From: Mytilus californianus
Taxonomy: Eukaryota
Direction: 5' to 3'
Assembly: GCF_021869535.1 (NCBI RefSeq)
Contig: NW_026262593.1
Coordinates: 39,246,001-39,310,000, forward strand
Length of the DNA: 64,000 nt
Shown here in pieces: positions 14,101-29,100 of this stretch. Each line of letters opens with the position of its first letter. Position 1 is the stretch's first letter. Below the pieces are notes generated by a model that worked only from the letters and a program-made list of their open reading frames with translations, was not told where the DNA came from and did no database searches. A program made the translations under genes and the position numbers.

Positions 14101-17100
14101 TTTGATTTTCTTTTCTATAGAACGTTATGTAATACTTCTTTTCTGTATTGTTATAGATTTCTCACTGACAGAGGTCCTATCAGAAAAGGGAGTAACTTTT
14201 AATGGCTTACAACTTTCTACATACATAACATCAGTGCTGCTTCATGACCTTGGTGTTGCCCCCTTCTTATTGGAAAGTCAGTGTGATGTCAGTAACTTAC
14301 CTTATTTCCCAAGAAAGAATGGATGGAATATAGGTTAGTATATTGCTATAAATGAATTTTAATTTAAAATTACAAACCTTAAAATTTTTCTTCAACTATT
14401 CATTTAACTGGTTTTTTTTTATGCCCCTATCGTAGGCGACAGGGGCATTCAGTGTTACCCTTGACCTTCCATCTTTCCATCTGTCCTTTCCTCCCATTTT
14501 TTTTTCTTTGAAGCTTGAGCGGGGGCATTTGTGTCCTCAGACACATTCTTCTTTTAAAATCCTGATGCATTTCCATGCAATTAATATGCTGGCATTCACA
14601 TCTGAATTTATTGTGTTTATCTGCAGAAGTCATTCAAGATTTACCTGGGAATAATGAATGCAACAAAACTTAATTTTAAAAAGTCTTTTTTTCTATTACT
14701 GTGACTTGACTGTAAGTGTTGCTCTCCACCTATTGCAGTTTATTCAAAATTCTGACCAAATTGCAATTTATTTTATCAAACCAAACTATTCAACTGCAGA
14801 CCTGCCAACTATCCCAATTTTGGCGGTATCATCCCGATTTTCATGCCTCAACTCGAATCACAATATTGGGATCGTAAAACAAGTCAAAATCCCAATTTTC
14901 AGAAAATCTACACGAAAAAATTGTTGGTTACAGATTTTGAAGTTTTTCTGAGCATATTCTATAAATCTATAATTTTACCTGTCGACATATTTATGACAAG
15001 TTTATGACCCCAGCTAATCACTATAGGTAGTAATTTTTGAATTGCTAAAAAAAATGTCCAAATTTAAGTTTTTGAATTATTTCTAATAAAATGGTGTTTT
15101 TCTATGCATGCTACAAAGCTTTTTTTTGAATTAATTTTTAAAATACTTGGTGAAATATACTTGAAGCTTAAATATATTCTCAAGAAGTTTTAAAGGGAGA
15201 TAAGATCAATATTTCAAAAGATCAATGCTTTTTAGATTATCTCCCTTGGAAACTTATTAACAACATATTGTAATTTCACATATATTTTACTGAATATAAG
15301 ATGTTTTGATTCAAATGATGTCTGATTCTTATGAATATAGAAGACTTTCAGAAAGAAAAATAGTATAAAAGCTTAGTTTGGACATTTTTATAGCAATTCA
15401 AAAATTACTACCTATCACCTTTTGCATGACAATTACAATAAAATTTATATAGAAATTGTTAGACTGATTTTTCATAATATCAATGAAGTGGAATTAAAGT
15501 CTTATAGGAATGGAAGTATGCTATATTTATCACCTTGCACTTTTACCACTTGACTGTTTTTCTTCAGCAGTTTGATAAAATTTCTGACCAGTTGAACAGT
15601 TTGGTTTGATAAAATAAATTGCAATTTGGTCAGAATTTTATATAAACTGCAATAGGTGGACAGCAACACTTATGGTCAAGTCACAGTAGTTTTGAACATG
15701 ACAAATGCACTGGCATTGTCCTGGAATTTTATTATAGTAATAATTTATAATGTTTTTGAAAAACTTTATGAGAATGATTCTTAAGGTTTTTTTTGTTTGA
15801 AGGCTGTCAGAAAGAAATAACAATGGTAGAGCTTGACGAGTCTACTGCATGTCACCTTTATGACTACTGTACTGGAATAACTTGCTGTACAACTGTAGAA
15901 ATGATTGGCAGATCTATTAATACATATCTTACACTGGATCCCTGTAACAAAAGGATGAGTATAGGGATAGAAAAGTTCACTGTTAACATCAGTCTCTTTG
16001 ATTATGACTATGGCAAACAGGAACATATCAAACTATTTGGACTTGTGGGACTAGTGTAAGTTTGCCTAACTAATAACTAGTTTAAAGTGAGTTTTTGCAC
16101 TGTTTCTTTGCTTTTGGTTTTGGCAAGTTTATTCAGGGACTTTTGGTCATGAATTAATACACCATACATTTATTTTTACATTGTGGAAGTAATTTCTAAT
16201 CTAAAATCCTTTCTTACCAAATTTGTTTAAATTGAAAAAGAATATGTGGGGTATGCATCATTGAGACAGCAACCTAAGGATACAATAACCCAAAGATTTC
16301 TGAAGGTCAACCTACTGTCATGCATTTAAATTATACTGATATTGATATAAAAGTAGGAAATTCAGATGCATCATAATGATTTGCGTTTGCAACTTTTAAA
16401 GATCGGGTGAACAAATAAAGCCTGTCAGTATTGGCATTCATGAAAACATGATATACAGTCAAACCTGTATTAAGCAGTCACTCATGGGAGGTATCAAAAG
16501 TGACCACTCAAGGGAGGTGACCTTTTAAATGAAGTTTCCTAAAAAATTCTGATTTCGACATCGCATGTGGCCTGGATTGGTGCAAACATTTTTAGTGTTT
16601 TCAATGGGTGGAGTTACCGTGTGTGAGCAGACAATTAAAAACTGGCGGATTTCTGCGCTCTAAATTTGAAGAAAACATTCTAAATTATAAATATTCATGG
16701 AGAAATAAGTTGATGATACAGTTTTAAATGGCAAATGAAAGGAGTGGGACACGAGAAATTCACAAATTCACTTATTGCACGATCTAAGTTGCAAACGGGC
16801 TCCAATACTCATTTTGACCTCGCAATACTGAACATATTTTTCGTCATGATTATGTTTTGGTTGTTAAAAACTTGAAAATGGCCGTTGTTAAAAGTTGAAG
16901 TGACAATTTCGTGCATGAGGGTCAGTTCATCACAAATTTATGAAAGGAAAAGGTGATCTATTTATTAATAGACCACTTATAAAGGGATTCCAGATAATCC
17001 AAAAAAAAAATTCAAGTCAGAAATGAGTTTTGTAAGCAATAATATGATTATCGTTAGCTTTAGGAACTGTATTATATATATCACTAGATATTTTTGTAAT

Positions 17101-20100
17101 AAAGGATTTTTCTTTAAAATTTGACATGCAGTGGTGATAAGTACAGTTCCTATGAATAAAATAGCAGACGAAATATTCATGGAAGAGACAATTTTGGAAG
17201 TAAATGGGAGTGGGTGGGTTTACAGGACGGGCGGAATTACCGGACTCTACTGTAATCATAATTAACTTTTTCAGCCTAATGATAAAAGATTATCCAACAG
17301 AAAGACAGTTTGAAGTGACATTAGATTTGAGTATTTGTTTTGAGTCCAGTTCACCTTGTATGATATCTTTCCCAATTTTGAAAAATACCATTCTTCCTAA
17401 ATCTTTATGTGAGTGGAAAAGTGATTTCATTGATCCAAGTGAGTATTTACCACATATTTTATTGTACCAAGGGAAAAATATTTAGTCAAAAAGCAGCTAC
17501 TAAAGCAGTTTTTAATATGTTTTGCTTTCATGCAAATGTTTTAGGAGTGTTTGTAATTTATGAAAGTTTTATTTTACTGTATCAAAATGAAAATAATAAT
17601 TAAAGATGAAATTTAATGGCCATCAATATAATCTTATTGTCCATTTCCCTTTATTATCTTTTAATTTTCCAATTGTACAGTGTGTGAGTTTGTGTATGTG
17701 TTTTCAAGTTTATGTCTTAATATTGAGTAAATTGGAAATGGGGACATATATATTTTTTTTTTTGGGGGGGGGGGGGGTAGACTTTTGTAATTCTTACAAT
17801 TATTCATGTTGCTTGTATGTCACCTTTATGTCTTTAACCTCGTTTGAGATCTTATAATTAATATTTGGATATGAATCAAGGTTTACCCAACAAGAGATTT
17901 GGCTACAAGATGAAATGTGCATAAAATATCTCTTTTCGTAATAGCTTGGCTCATATCTATTTTGAGCAAAAACTATGTGTAAAATAGCCATTTCATGTCA
18001 AAGAAGTCGAGTTTTGTTTATGACACCAGGGGCCAAATAATGGATCTTATTTTACCTCCTCTATTGAAATTTGACCTTCTTCAAAAACCATGCATGAACT
18101 AAAAAAATTCACAAAGCATGAACTTTTTTGGGCATGTTGTAGGCTGGATGCATGTAATATTGTGGCATAAGTTTATTTATTTTAGTCTGTTTTCCTACTA
18201 ATCAATAACTGGTAAAATAGTATTGTTATAAATCATGTTTATGTTTTTTATGTAGATTTTTCCTACAAAACTTTTTTGAATGGAAAGGGTTTATCCTTAA
18301 ACAGTGAACTTAGTTTGAACGATATGACAGATTTGATGGACACGCTTGGCATCACAGACTTTTTACAGAAGGAGCAATGTACAACAGTTGGATGGCTAAA
18401 TGGTAAAATATAAAATTGTCTTGCAATAACCATAAGCCACAAAATCTGGCTTGATAAATTCTTCAGATGGATAAATGACTGTGTTTACAATTTTTCAATA
18501 TGAATATATAATCCCTATCATTATCCTAGCCACCAAAATCAGACTGGATATTAATGGTAAAGTGATAAACAGTTGGTTACTTAAACCACTGGAAAATGTG
18601 TATAGAGACCTCTTTATGTCAGTTTTCTCAATATTTCTAAAAAGAGGGACCATAAGGTTAATTATCTATTTTTTCCCCTCTCAACTGGCATGGATGCATG
18701 TCACTCTGTCTTCTCACTGTTTTCTTGTACCTTTTATACATTTGACTTTCTGTTTTTTTTCTAAAAATTTCTTGTAGTGGTTGGCCAATAAATTAAAATT
18801 TAGAGAAAATAATATGAAATTCTGCTTTAGAAATTGAATTGGCCTTATTTTATAGTAATGTTTCTCAAATGTTTGACAATCAAATAAGTATCTGATGATG
18901 TATAATAAAAGTGCAACTCCCATTGTAATTTGTTATATTGATAGGGAAGCAGTCAGATCATTCGATTTTCAACTTTCAACATTCGTTTTCAACATTCAAC
19001 ATTCATTTTCAACATTCGATTTTCAACTTTCAACATTCGTTTTCAACATTCGATTTTCAACTTTCAACATTCGTTTTCAACATTCAACATTAGTTTTCAA
19101 CATTCGTTTTCAACATTCAACAGTCGTTTTTAATATTCGTTTTCAACATTCAACATTCGTTTTCAACATTCGATTTTCAACTTTCAACATTCGTTTTCAA
19201 CATTCAACATTCGTTTTCAACTTTCAACATTCGTTTTCGACATTCAACATTCGTTTTCAACATTCGATTTTCAACATTCAACATTCGTTTTCAACATTCA
19301 ACATTCGATTTCAACATTCAACATTCGTTCAACAATGTTGAATATTGAACCAACTTGACATCCGTAATACCACAATGTAATTTTCTTTCTACCGAGATAC
19401 CACTACATAAAAAATGTCTACGATAAATGGCAATACCAAACTTGGACAGAAGCTTGTTTATGATCATAAGATAGTATGCAGAAGTAAATTTTGTAAAAAA
19501 AAATCCTGTTTATCCGTATTTTACTTATAAATTGACTTAGTTTTTCTGCCAGTTAACATTACATTCACTCTGTGGTTAAAGTTTTTGAAATTTTAATAAC
19601 TTTCTTAAAATATCCCTGATTTGTACCAAACTTCTTGGACATAAGCTTGTGTCTGATCAAAAGCTAGTAATTTACTTAATGTTTCAAAGTTAAATAGCTT
19701 ATCAATATTTATTGCGATTAATGAATATGAACATTTTATTTAATTGCTTTTGTATTTTACAGAGTGCAATCAATCCATGGCAGTTTTACCAAGTAACATT
19801 GAACCAGTAGGATGCCACATCGGGGATACATGTAATGCAGTACACTGTTGCATAACACTGGAGAAAATTGGCAGATCATTTGGAACTTTCATTAACATAG
19901 AGCCCTGTCTCTTCAAACTGACTGTTGCAATTGAACAACTACAGTTCAGTAAATTGTTGTTTGACTATGAATGGGGATACCCTGTCCAGGTCTGGCTGTT
20001 TGGATTCATTAGAATGGAGTATGTATTCCTTGTTTTCATACTGTTGAGTATTTTATGGGTAAAAAGAGTTGTCAATATTCAATAATTACATTACATGTAT

Positions 20101-23100
20101 GTTTCATAAGAATCCATACTTTTGATTGGCTGAAAGCAATTGCTATACATTCCAATATCAAATTGTGTTTCTCTTTAATTAAAATTCACCAATTATGACA
20201 GCATGTGCTTCTCATGACAGCTTCACAACAATGCATAGGAAAGCAAACTAAATATTTGCTATAACTCATAATTTCAGGGTTGTAGCATAGAAATGTAATT
20301 ATAAGAATTGAATGCTTTTTTCTAATTTTATAGGGTTGTAAATGCATAGATTGTGTGTGTAAAGCAAAACTCTATCCGGATGAAATATCATCTGGGGGAA
20401 AGAATGTTAGAGAAGTTGTTGATATTTTTTTATCCGGAGGAAAATATTTCACTGTGATATATTATCTATTGCCGTGAAATTCTATCTGGGAAATTAAAAT
20501 ATTGAATAGTTAATTAAAAAAACTTAATCTTTGCAAATGCTATGTACTAATAATAGTGTATTTGAATATAAGCTAAATTAGTAAATAAAAAACCAAATAA
20601 ATGTATTATAATGGGAAATAATTTCACAGATTATAATTGAAAATAATATCCTGAAATTTTAAAGTAAATATCATTCTTTTAAAAGACAAATATCATGAAA
20701 CATATGAAACAAAACCAGAAGTAATTTCACAGATCCTAATTGTGAAATAATATCACAATCAATTTAATATATAAAATAAGGTAAGTGAAATACAGGTAAA
20801 AGTGAGTTGTTTTCAGATCTCAGTACAAATAAAAAAGTAAGTAGAAATATAGTTTTTTTTTAAATCATGTTTTAAGTCATCTTTTTATATAAATTGATAT
20901 AAAAAATTAAGAATAAAGGAAAAATTTCACTATGAAATAGATTCTTGTCTCTGGAATATAATATCTGTAAAATATAAATGGCTCATAATTACCTCCCTTT
21001 GATTGATAAATTATGCAAATATGTTCTACCTTGGTGAAACATTTATAATTATGGTCAGGTATATATTGATTGCGAGTACGTTACATAGTAGACAGTGGGA
21101 CTATATTTCACAAGGTTCTGTGAAATTTGGAACGGAAAATATATACTGGTAAATACTATCCTCATAAGACAGATAGAATATCACTCCTCTGGATAAAATC
21201 TACCTGTGAAATACCATGTCTGGAAAAAAATTTCGGTGACAAATTATCCCCAGGATAAAATATCACAGAGGAAGAAATAAACCGTTACACATTTTTAGTT
21301 TGAAGCACTTCCACACTTTATACAAATTTGCTTCGATCAGTGCTTTTACCCCCCAATAAAATAACAAAAAAAGAAGCATTCAATAGAACTTATTGCTATT
21401 TGAAAATCTGCGCCGCTTGACCCGAGAATCTGCACCTCTTGAACTGTTGACGTCATACAACAATCACTTTTCCATTGTGGCGTCAGATGTTTTCTATTAT
21501 GACATCAAAATTTTACGGGAACCTTTGTGATGTCCAGTAATGGAGGACAAATAGCTATAAGGTGTATATTCTTAAGCAGAGACCTTCTGTATGGTTTCTT
21601 ATATATATTTGGGCAGTTTATGATACTTTTGATGAACGTAATATGAAGCATATTTGATTTTTGGCTGGCTGAAATATATTGATGCTTTTGTATTAAATAT
21701 AAACTACAGCTTTTGAGAATTTGCCAAAATTGACACCACAAGGCTGACAAGACAAAAAATAAGTTAATATTCAGTTAAATTTACTAAGTTGGAATTTTTG
21801 ATCAAGTAAAATTGATACAATTGTTTTGGTCCCACTATGTGATATACCTCTATCTATGAAGGCTTGAGATAATTGTACAATGACTATCAACAGTTTTTTA
21901 AGATTCCTGTTTACACAGGCTACATTCTAAACAATACCATGTAAAAAACTTTATTAAGTGTGAGAAGACATTCAATGAATCCCTATATAAATTCCTGTTC
22001 TGGAGATTTATATAAATAGTTTCTGTGAGAAAATCTTTTTTATAACAATTGTTTTTTTTTTTCACAGATTAAGTTTGGTTGATTTAACAGCAGAAGAACA
22101 TTATCTCATTGATTTGACTTTAAGTGTATGCATGGAAGCTGACAGTTCTATACCTTGTGAATTATCTATCCGGATTTTCAACAAATATAAACTGCCTAAA
22201 CAGAAATGTAACTGGAATACAGGTTTCTTTATTGAAGGTGAGCTCAATTAAATTTTTATACCCCTGCCAGCAACTCATAAACAGCAGAACTCTAGTGATG
22301 AAACTTGACCCAGTTGTAGAACACGTCTTGAGATATGCATGAAGGAATATAATCCCCATCCTACTTGTCAAAGGGGAGATAATTTAAATTACTTCATTAT
22401 TTCATTATGTTTAATAGTCTTGTAAGCACAAATCCTCCTAAATTGCCGGACAGATTGATGGAAGTTTACATATATGTATAAAGGAATAGAATTTCAGTGC
22501 AACACACTTAAAGGGAGATAAAATTTGAGGGGCTAGGGTATTCTTTTGTGAGATCACTCACAGGTTTCTTTATGCAATAATTTGTATGTAGAATTTTGTA
22601 CATGTGTAATTAACAGTCACAACTTTGTAAGAAAACATAAAAAGAAATATAAACACATGTTGGGGGTTAATGGGTGGGAAATTTGGACTGCCATTTGAAA
22701 ATGAGGGTATATTGGAAAGGGGCAGAAATTTGGCCTTGCAACAGACCACTAGGCTTTGGATTCAAGGTCCTATTCCAACGGGACATGGCTTAGAATTTAT
22801 GCCAGGAGAAGGCAAATGATGACCATATTTCTATACTAGAGTCAACACATGCTCTCAAGGACATCTTAAGTAAAGTCACCTAAATCAAACTACCTAAGCA
22901 CATGAATTAATGAAGGCTGTACAAACAGAAGATCAAACTTTTCTATTTTGATTTCAATATTTTATTTCAGACTTTTCATTGCAAAATTGGTTACTTGAGG
23001 AAGGTTTTTCCAGTGTCCCTTCATTGCCACCTTACACAGTTATTCAGTTACTGTCTGATCTGAATGTTGCTGCCTACCAGCTAGATCTACCTTGCCAAAT

Positions 23101-26100
23101 GGAAGAAGGAATTTATGAGAATGGATGGAAAAACCGTAAGTATATCTGTATAAAGTCTTTGTGATGGAAATTGGTTTTAACTATTAAAATGTAACCAAAA
23201 AAAGTATTCTTGTAATTTTTTTGCTGTTGCATTCAATCCACGAAAATTGGTATACTCTTAAAAAAATAAATGAATCCACAGTACTAACAAGAAAGTACTC
23301 AGAAACAACATTAAGAAGAATGAAAAGTGTAATATCTAAGCCTTATGTCACATTGATCTTTCCTTACTGTAACTTAAAGACCTTGTTCCTAGAACATATT
23401 TTTCATTTCAGAATGTCAGAGAGAAATATCTTTACCTGAACTACCGAACAACATTGTCTGTCAGATTTTTGAATCTTGTACAAAAATAGAATGCTGTGTA
23501 GAGATACCACTGCTAAACAAGACCACGTTTAACTTTTTCTTAGATGTAGATACTTGTCGCTCTAGTTTAACTGTTGGAATAGAACAGATGTATCATAAGT
23601 ATAGTCTGTTGGATTATACCTTTGGAGAGACAGAACATTTCAATCTGTTTGGAGTGTTGAGACTTATGTACGTATAATTCACTGTAAGAATGTTCAATTC
23701 TGAAAGCATATTTGAAATTTAGTGCTCATGGATGTAATTTTTTTTACTGTACTTCTCTTATATAAAATATTATAGTACAGTCGATTCTGGTTATTTGCAT
23801 AGCCTATTTGTCGGACAAAATTATGCAAATTATGAGGAGTATGCTTATATCCGAAATGCCAAATTACTGAGTCAAATAACATCGATAGAACAGATCAGTA
23901 AAGGAAATCCCTGAAGAAAGATGAACGTCTATAATCCACTTACAACATATTGAATGTTGATTTATTCTAATAAAAGTTATATGTCTAGTGTCATACATGT
24001 TATTTTATTTTGTATTCTTTCAATAAAGATAATCAACACATTTTTTTTTAGTTTATTTGCGTAGCGACGTTTCCTTTACAGGGATACGAAAATAAAACAA
24101 ATTGTTCTAAAAATAGATTTGTTTCTATGACCCGTATGTACAATGTACATTGTTACGCTTTGATTAAAATAAACTGTTTAACAATACTACACAGTTTATA
24201 ATCATTTTACCAATAGATGTGTAATGAACTGCTTTTAATATGCAGTATGTACAGCTTGCACAGTGAAGTAACACTGTTTATTTAACCTCGTTAGTTTCGT
24301 ATATGCAAAGCAGTAATGGGGCCCTGCACGGGTAATTTGCTGGACACGAGTGTTGAAAGTGAGAAAATATAATAATTAGAAGTAAATGCTCTTTTCATAA
24401 AATATTAAAAAATAAATGATTGATGTATAAAATTCTTTAACCATATATAAATGCCCTGTAATATTTAACATTAATGCAGATCACCCCAAGCCCAATTACG
24501 AGAGTTCACATTGGATAATGATCGATAATTAGCAGGAGCAGAGACATATTATATGTCTCTGGCAGGAGTTATTGTTTTTAAAATTCACCCCAAATGTAAT
24601 CTATGGACAATGATTGAAATCCAATCAATTATTAACACCTTTTGAGATAGAATGGTCAGTGTTTTTACAACAGTTACCTGTTTGACATTTTTGTCGAGCC
24701 TGCGACTTTTGTCGCAGAAAGCTCGACATAGGGATAGTGATCCTGCGGCGGCGGCGTTAGCTAACTTCTTAAAAGCTTTATAATTCAGAAGGTGGAAGAC
24801 CTGGATGCTTCATACTTTGTATATAGATGCCTCATGTTACGAAGTTTTTGTCAGTCACATGTCCAATGTCCTTGACCTCATTTTCATGGTTCAGTGACTA
24901 TTTGAAAAAAAAGTGCAGATTTTTTGGAATGTTAAATTCTCTCTTATTATAAGTAATAGGATAACTATATTTGGTATGTGCATACCTTGCAAGGTCCTCA
25001 TGCCCGTCAGACAGTTTTGACTTGACCTCGACCTCATTTCATTGATCAGTGAACAAGGTTAAGTTTTGGTGGTCAAGTCCATATCTGAGATACTATAAGC
25101 AATAGGTCTACTATATTTGGTGTATGTAATGATTGTAAGGTGTACATGTCCAACTGGCAGGTGTCATCTGACCTTGACCTCATTTTCCTGGTTCAGTGGT
25201 CATAGTTTAGTTTTTGTGTTTTGGTCTGTTTTTCTAATACTGTATGCAATAGGTCAACTGTATTTGGTGTATGGAAATATTTTATGATGTTCATGTCAGT
25301 CTGGCAAGTTTTATTTGACCTTGACCTCATTTTCACGGTTCATTGCTCAATGTTAAGTTTTTGTGTTTTGGTCTGTTTTTCTAATACTGTATGCAGTAGG
25401 TCAACTATATTTGGTGTATGGAAATATTTTACGATGTACATGTCAGTCTGGCATGTTTTATTTGACCTTGACCTCATTTTCAAGATTCATTACTAAATGT
25501 TGAGTTTTTGTGTTTTGGTCTGTTTTCCTAATACTGTATGCAGTAGGTCAACTATATTTGGTGTATGGAAATATTTAATGATGTACATGTCAGTCTGGCA
25601 GGTTTTATTTGACCTTGACCTCATTTTCATGGTTCATTGCTTATGTTAAGTTTTTGTGTTTTGGTCTGTTTTTCTTACACTTTAAGCAATAGGTCAACTA
25701 TATTTGGTGTATGGAATGATTGTAAGGTGTATATGTCTGTCTGGCAGGTATCATCTGACCTTCACCTCATTTTCATGGTTGATTGGTCAATGTTCAGTTT
25801 TCATGGTTAAATTTTTTTCTTAGATACCTTAAGCAATAGGTCAACTATATTTGGAATGATTTTAATGTGAACATGTCTGTCTGGCAGGGTTCAAATGACC
25901 TTGACTTCATTTTCATGGTTCATTGATCAATATAGAATTTCCATGGTTTGGTTGTTTCTTTTATACTATAAGCAATAGGTCATCTATATTCTGTGTATGG
26001 AGGGATTGTATTAAAGGTGTACATGTATTTCTTGCTTGGTTTATCTGACCTTGACCTCATTTTCTTGGATCATAAATGTTAATGTGATACTTGTAGTAAA

Positions 26101-29100
26101 ACTTTATATGTAGGACTATCAACATAAAATCAATGTTCAGTAAAGTAGGCGAGACATTTCAGCGTGTGCACTCTTGTTATGACATCGAGGCTTAAAATAG
26201 AACATGGGAAACTTTACCTGTGTAGACAACGAGGTTTATTTTTAAATCAAATTCCATCATATAAACACAAAATTTCCAGATATTGGTTGTAAACTAAGTT
26301 TTTTAGGGTTTTTTTTTTCAAACATCATCTTAAAATTTTCATATGAGGAATAGTCTACTGACAGAGAGCTCAAAATTTCCAAACAGTAGGACACTGGTGC
26401 AAACAGTCTTTCAGGTATCATTCCATTTTCAAAATATTTCAAAACTTCCTATATCTTTATTGATTAAATTTTGTTTTTCCAATCAATGCTTTAGCATTTG
26501 TTGACTTGAATTTTTCAGGTATAGCTTGGAAGATCTGAGACAGCAGGAAATGTTCATTCTTCAGTTAAAATTTAGCTTTTGTCTGGAAACAAATGGTCCA
26601 TGTGAACTGGTCATACCAATTCTAGAAGACATGGTGTTTCCCAAACCTGTGTGCCAGTCTGATACATCTTTTCAAAGCAAAGGTAAACATGTGTAGAATG
26701 GACTGATCTTTTAGCTCAAATATTCCTTCCATAGTATGGTATGCAGTTCTTTTAAATATGCTGTCAATAAGAAAAATAACTTTATCATTGTGCAACAAAT
26801 TATTGTGCATATTTGGGGTATATTTGTGTGTATTTACATCCCAACTCATTGCTATCATACTAAAGAAAATTCCACATGCTTGACCCAAAATGTTTTGAAA
26901 TATGATTTAAACAAGATAGTTCTGTTAAGCAAATGAAAACATGACACCAAAACATGACTTTATAGGTGCCATTAGTTAGTTTCATGATTGCAACAAATAT
27001 GGAAAAAACATAGGCATGTTCAAATGAAATCTAACCACCAAATAGAGAGCTATTACTGTTGTAGAAATTGTGAGCTAATAATATTTTGTTTTGATTCTTT
27101 CCTTGTAGGATTTTCCTTAGAGCAGTGGTATAGAGAAAGAACATTATCGTCTGACACCATCCTGCCTGGACACTATGTTTCAGAACTACTAGAGCAAACA
27201 GGATTGACGAGTTATCTGATTGGTGAAGCATGTAACATCAACTTAAATGATGTAGATAGCAATGGTTGGAAAAAAGGTATGGCAGTTTTGTTCAGTCACA
27301 GCTCAAAATCATTTTGATGAACTTTTTTCACAAGATCACATTTGATGAAACTATAATGTGAATTCTTGAGATAGCAAGTAGCTAGAAAATGTTTATGATT
27401 TCACATAGTAATTTGTTTTTGTCATTTAAGGGGACACGTTTAATTGTAGTCCAACTCATCTTTGGACTTTAAGCATTAACACAAAACATATCAGTCCTGA
27501 TCAATGAAAACTAACAGTTTTGATTATCTTTACAACAAAGTTCCATTGGTAGTATGTTTTCACCTGTCCATGCATCCATCAATTATCACAGCTGTATTTT
27601 GTTAAATAATGCCTTCATTTCTTGGATCTCCTCAAGTTGTGTATGAACATGTACTCTTATTCAAAACTTCAGTCAGTTTTGTCTGAGCAAATTGTAAAGG
27701 GGAAGAAGTTGAATCCAAGGAAAACTTAGTGGCCCATAAAAACATAGAGCCGTGAATAATAGTCTTGCCAGTGGAGACTTAAAGGGGGTGCTTTGGGCTT
27801 AAAAATTTTTTTTTTTTTTAAATGAAAGAAACATCAGGTCAACAGAGGTGGTGATCACATGTGCTCCTGAATGGTGAGCTGATATTGCTTCCCATGTGGC
27901 ACTGGTCTTGTTGCTCATAGTTGCCTCCAAACGAGTGATAACTTTCATTCATAACTATTTTGAATAGTCTGTATTACACCTCAACATGAATTTTAATTTC
28001 TGGGCTATTTATTAGTCCCCTACCGACGAAGTCGAAGGGGACTTTAGGTTTGCACTCTGTCTGTCTGTCTGTTTGTCTGTCCACCCATCAGTCCGGCAAA
28101 TCAGTTTTCCACACTTTTTTTCATTATGCTTGAAGATATTGATTTGATATTTGGTGTATTGTTTTATCATGACAAGTTACAGATCAAGTTCGAATTTTGT
28201 TCCAGTCTGATGATTTTTTGCAGAGTTATGGTCCTTTGACTTAGAAAATTCACTAAAATAATCAGTTTTCCACACTTTTTTTTTATCATTCTTGAAGATA
28301 TTGATTTGATAATTGATATATAGTTTTATCATGACAAGTTACAGTTCAAGTTTGAATTTTGTTCCGGTTTGATGATTTTGTGCAGAGTTATGGTCCTTGG
28401 ACTTAGAAAATTCACTATAATAATCAGTTTTCAACACTTTTTTTTCGTCATGCTTGAAGATATTGACTTGATATTTGTTATATAGTTTACACCATGACAA
28501 GTTATAGATCAAGTCAGAATTTTGTTCCAATACAATGAATTTTTAACCGGTAGGGGACTATGTATTGCCGTGCAATACTCACAGAATGCTTGTTTTATTT
28601 ATTTTACAGATTGTAGTGAAGATACTATTGTTCAAAATATAACAGCATATCCACTTGTTTGTCATTTGAAAAGCAGCTGTACAGAAATATCTTGCTGTCT
28701 CAATGTAGAGTTCCTAGAAAAAAACATTGAAGTTCATCTAAAACTTGACAATGATTTGCAGCTCCTTGAGATTGGAATAGGCAAACACCAGCTATTGTTG
28801 TCTTTGTTAGGATTCGACTTTGGTATGTATGAAAAAGTATATTTATTAAAAGGCCTCGAAAATTACGAAAAATGTCAAAACATTTTTTTAAAAAGAGTAG
28901 CTTACATAACATTTTTAACCAAGTTTATTTAAATTTTCAGTTCTTGACAATCTGCAGTTGTGTAATTTAACTGGTGTTCACTATTTAGAAATATATATCA
29001 GATGACCCAGGATTCTATACATCAGTTGACAAGCTAAATCATTGTTGATGTTTCAAAATGCTGCTGTTTTGTGTAATAACTAAATATTACAGAACAGATG

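Noticed and set aside
16455-17252. Single Tc1-type MITE bounded by TACAGT ends
   Set aside because: The two ends (CAGTCAAACCTG and the reverse complement CAGTAGAGTCC) do not match each other; probably fragments of different families.
18895-19341. 148-aa ORF rich in FQHSTF/FNIRF
   Set aside because: Translation of a low-complexity array that lacks stop codons; no splice or phase fit to the gene.
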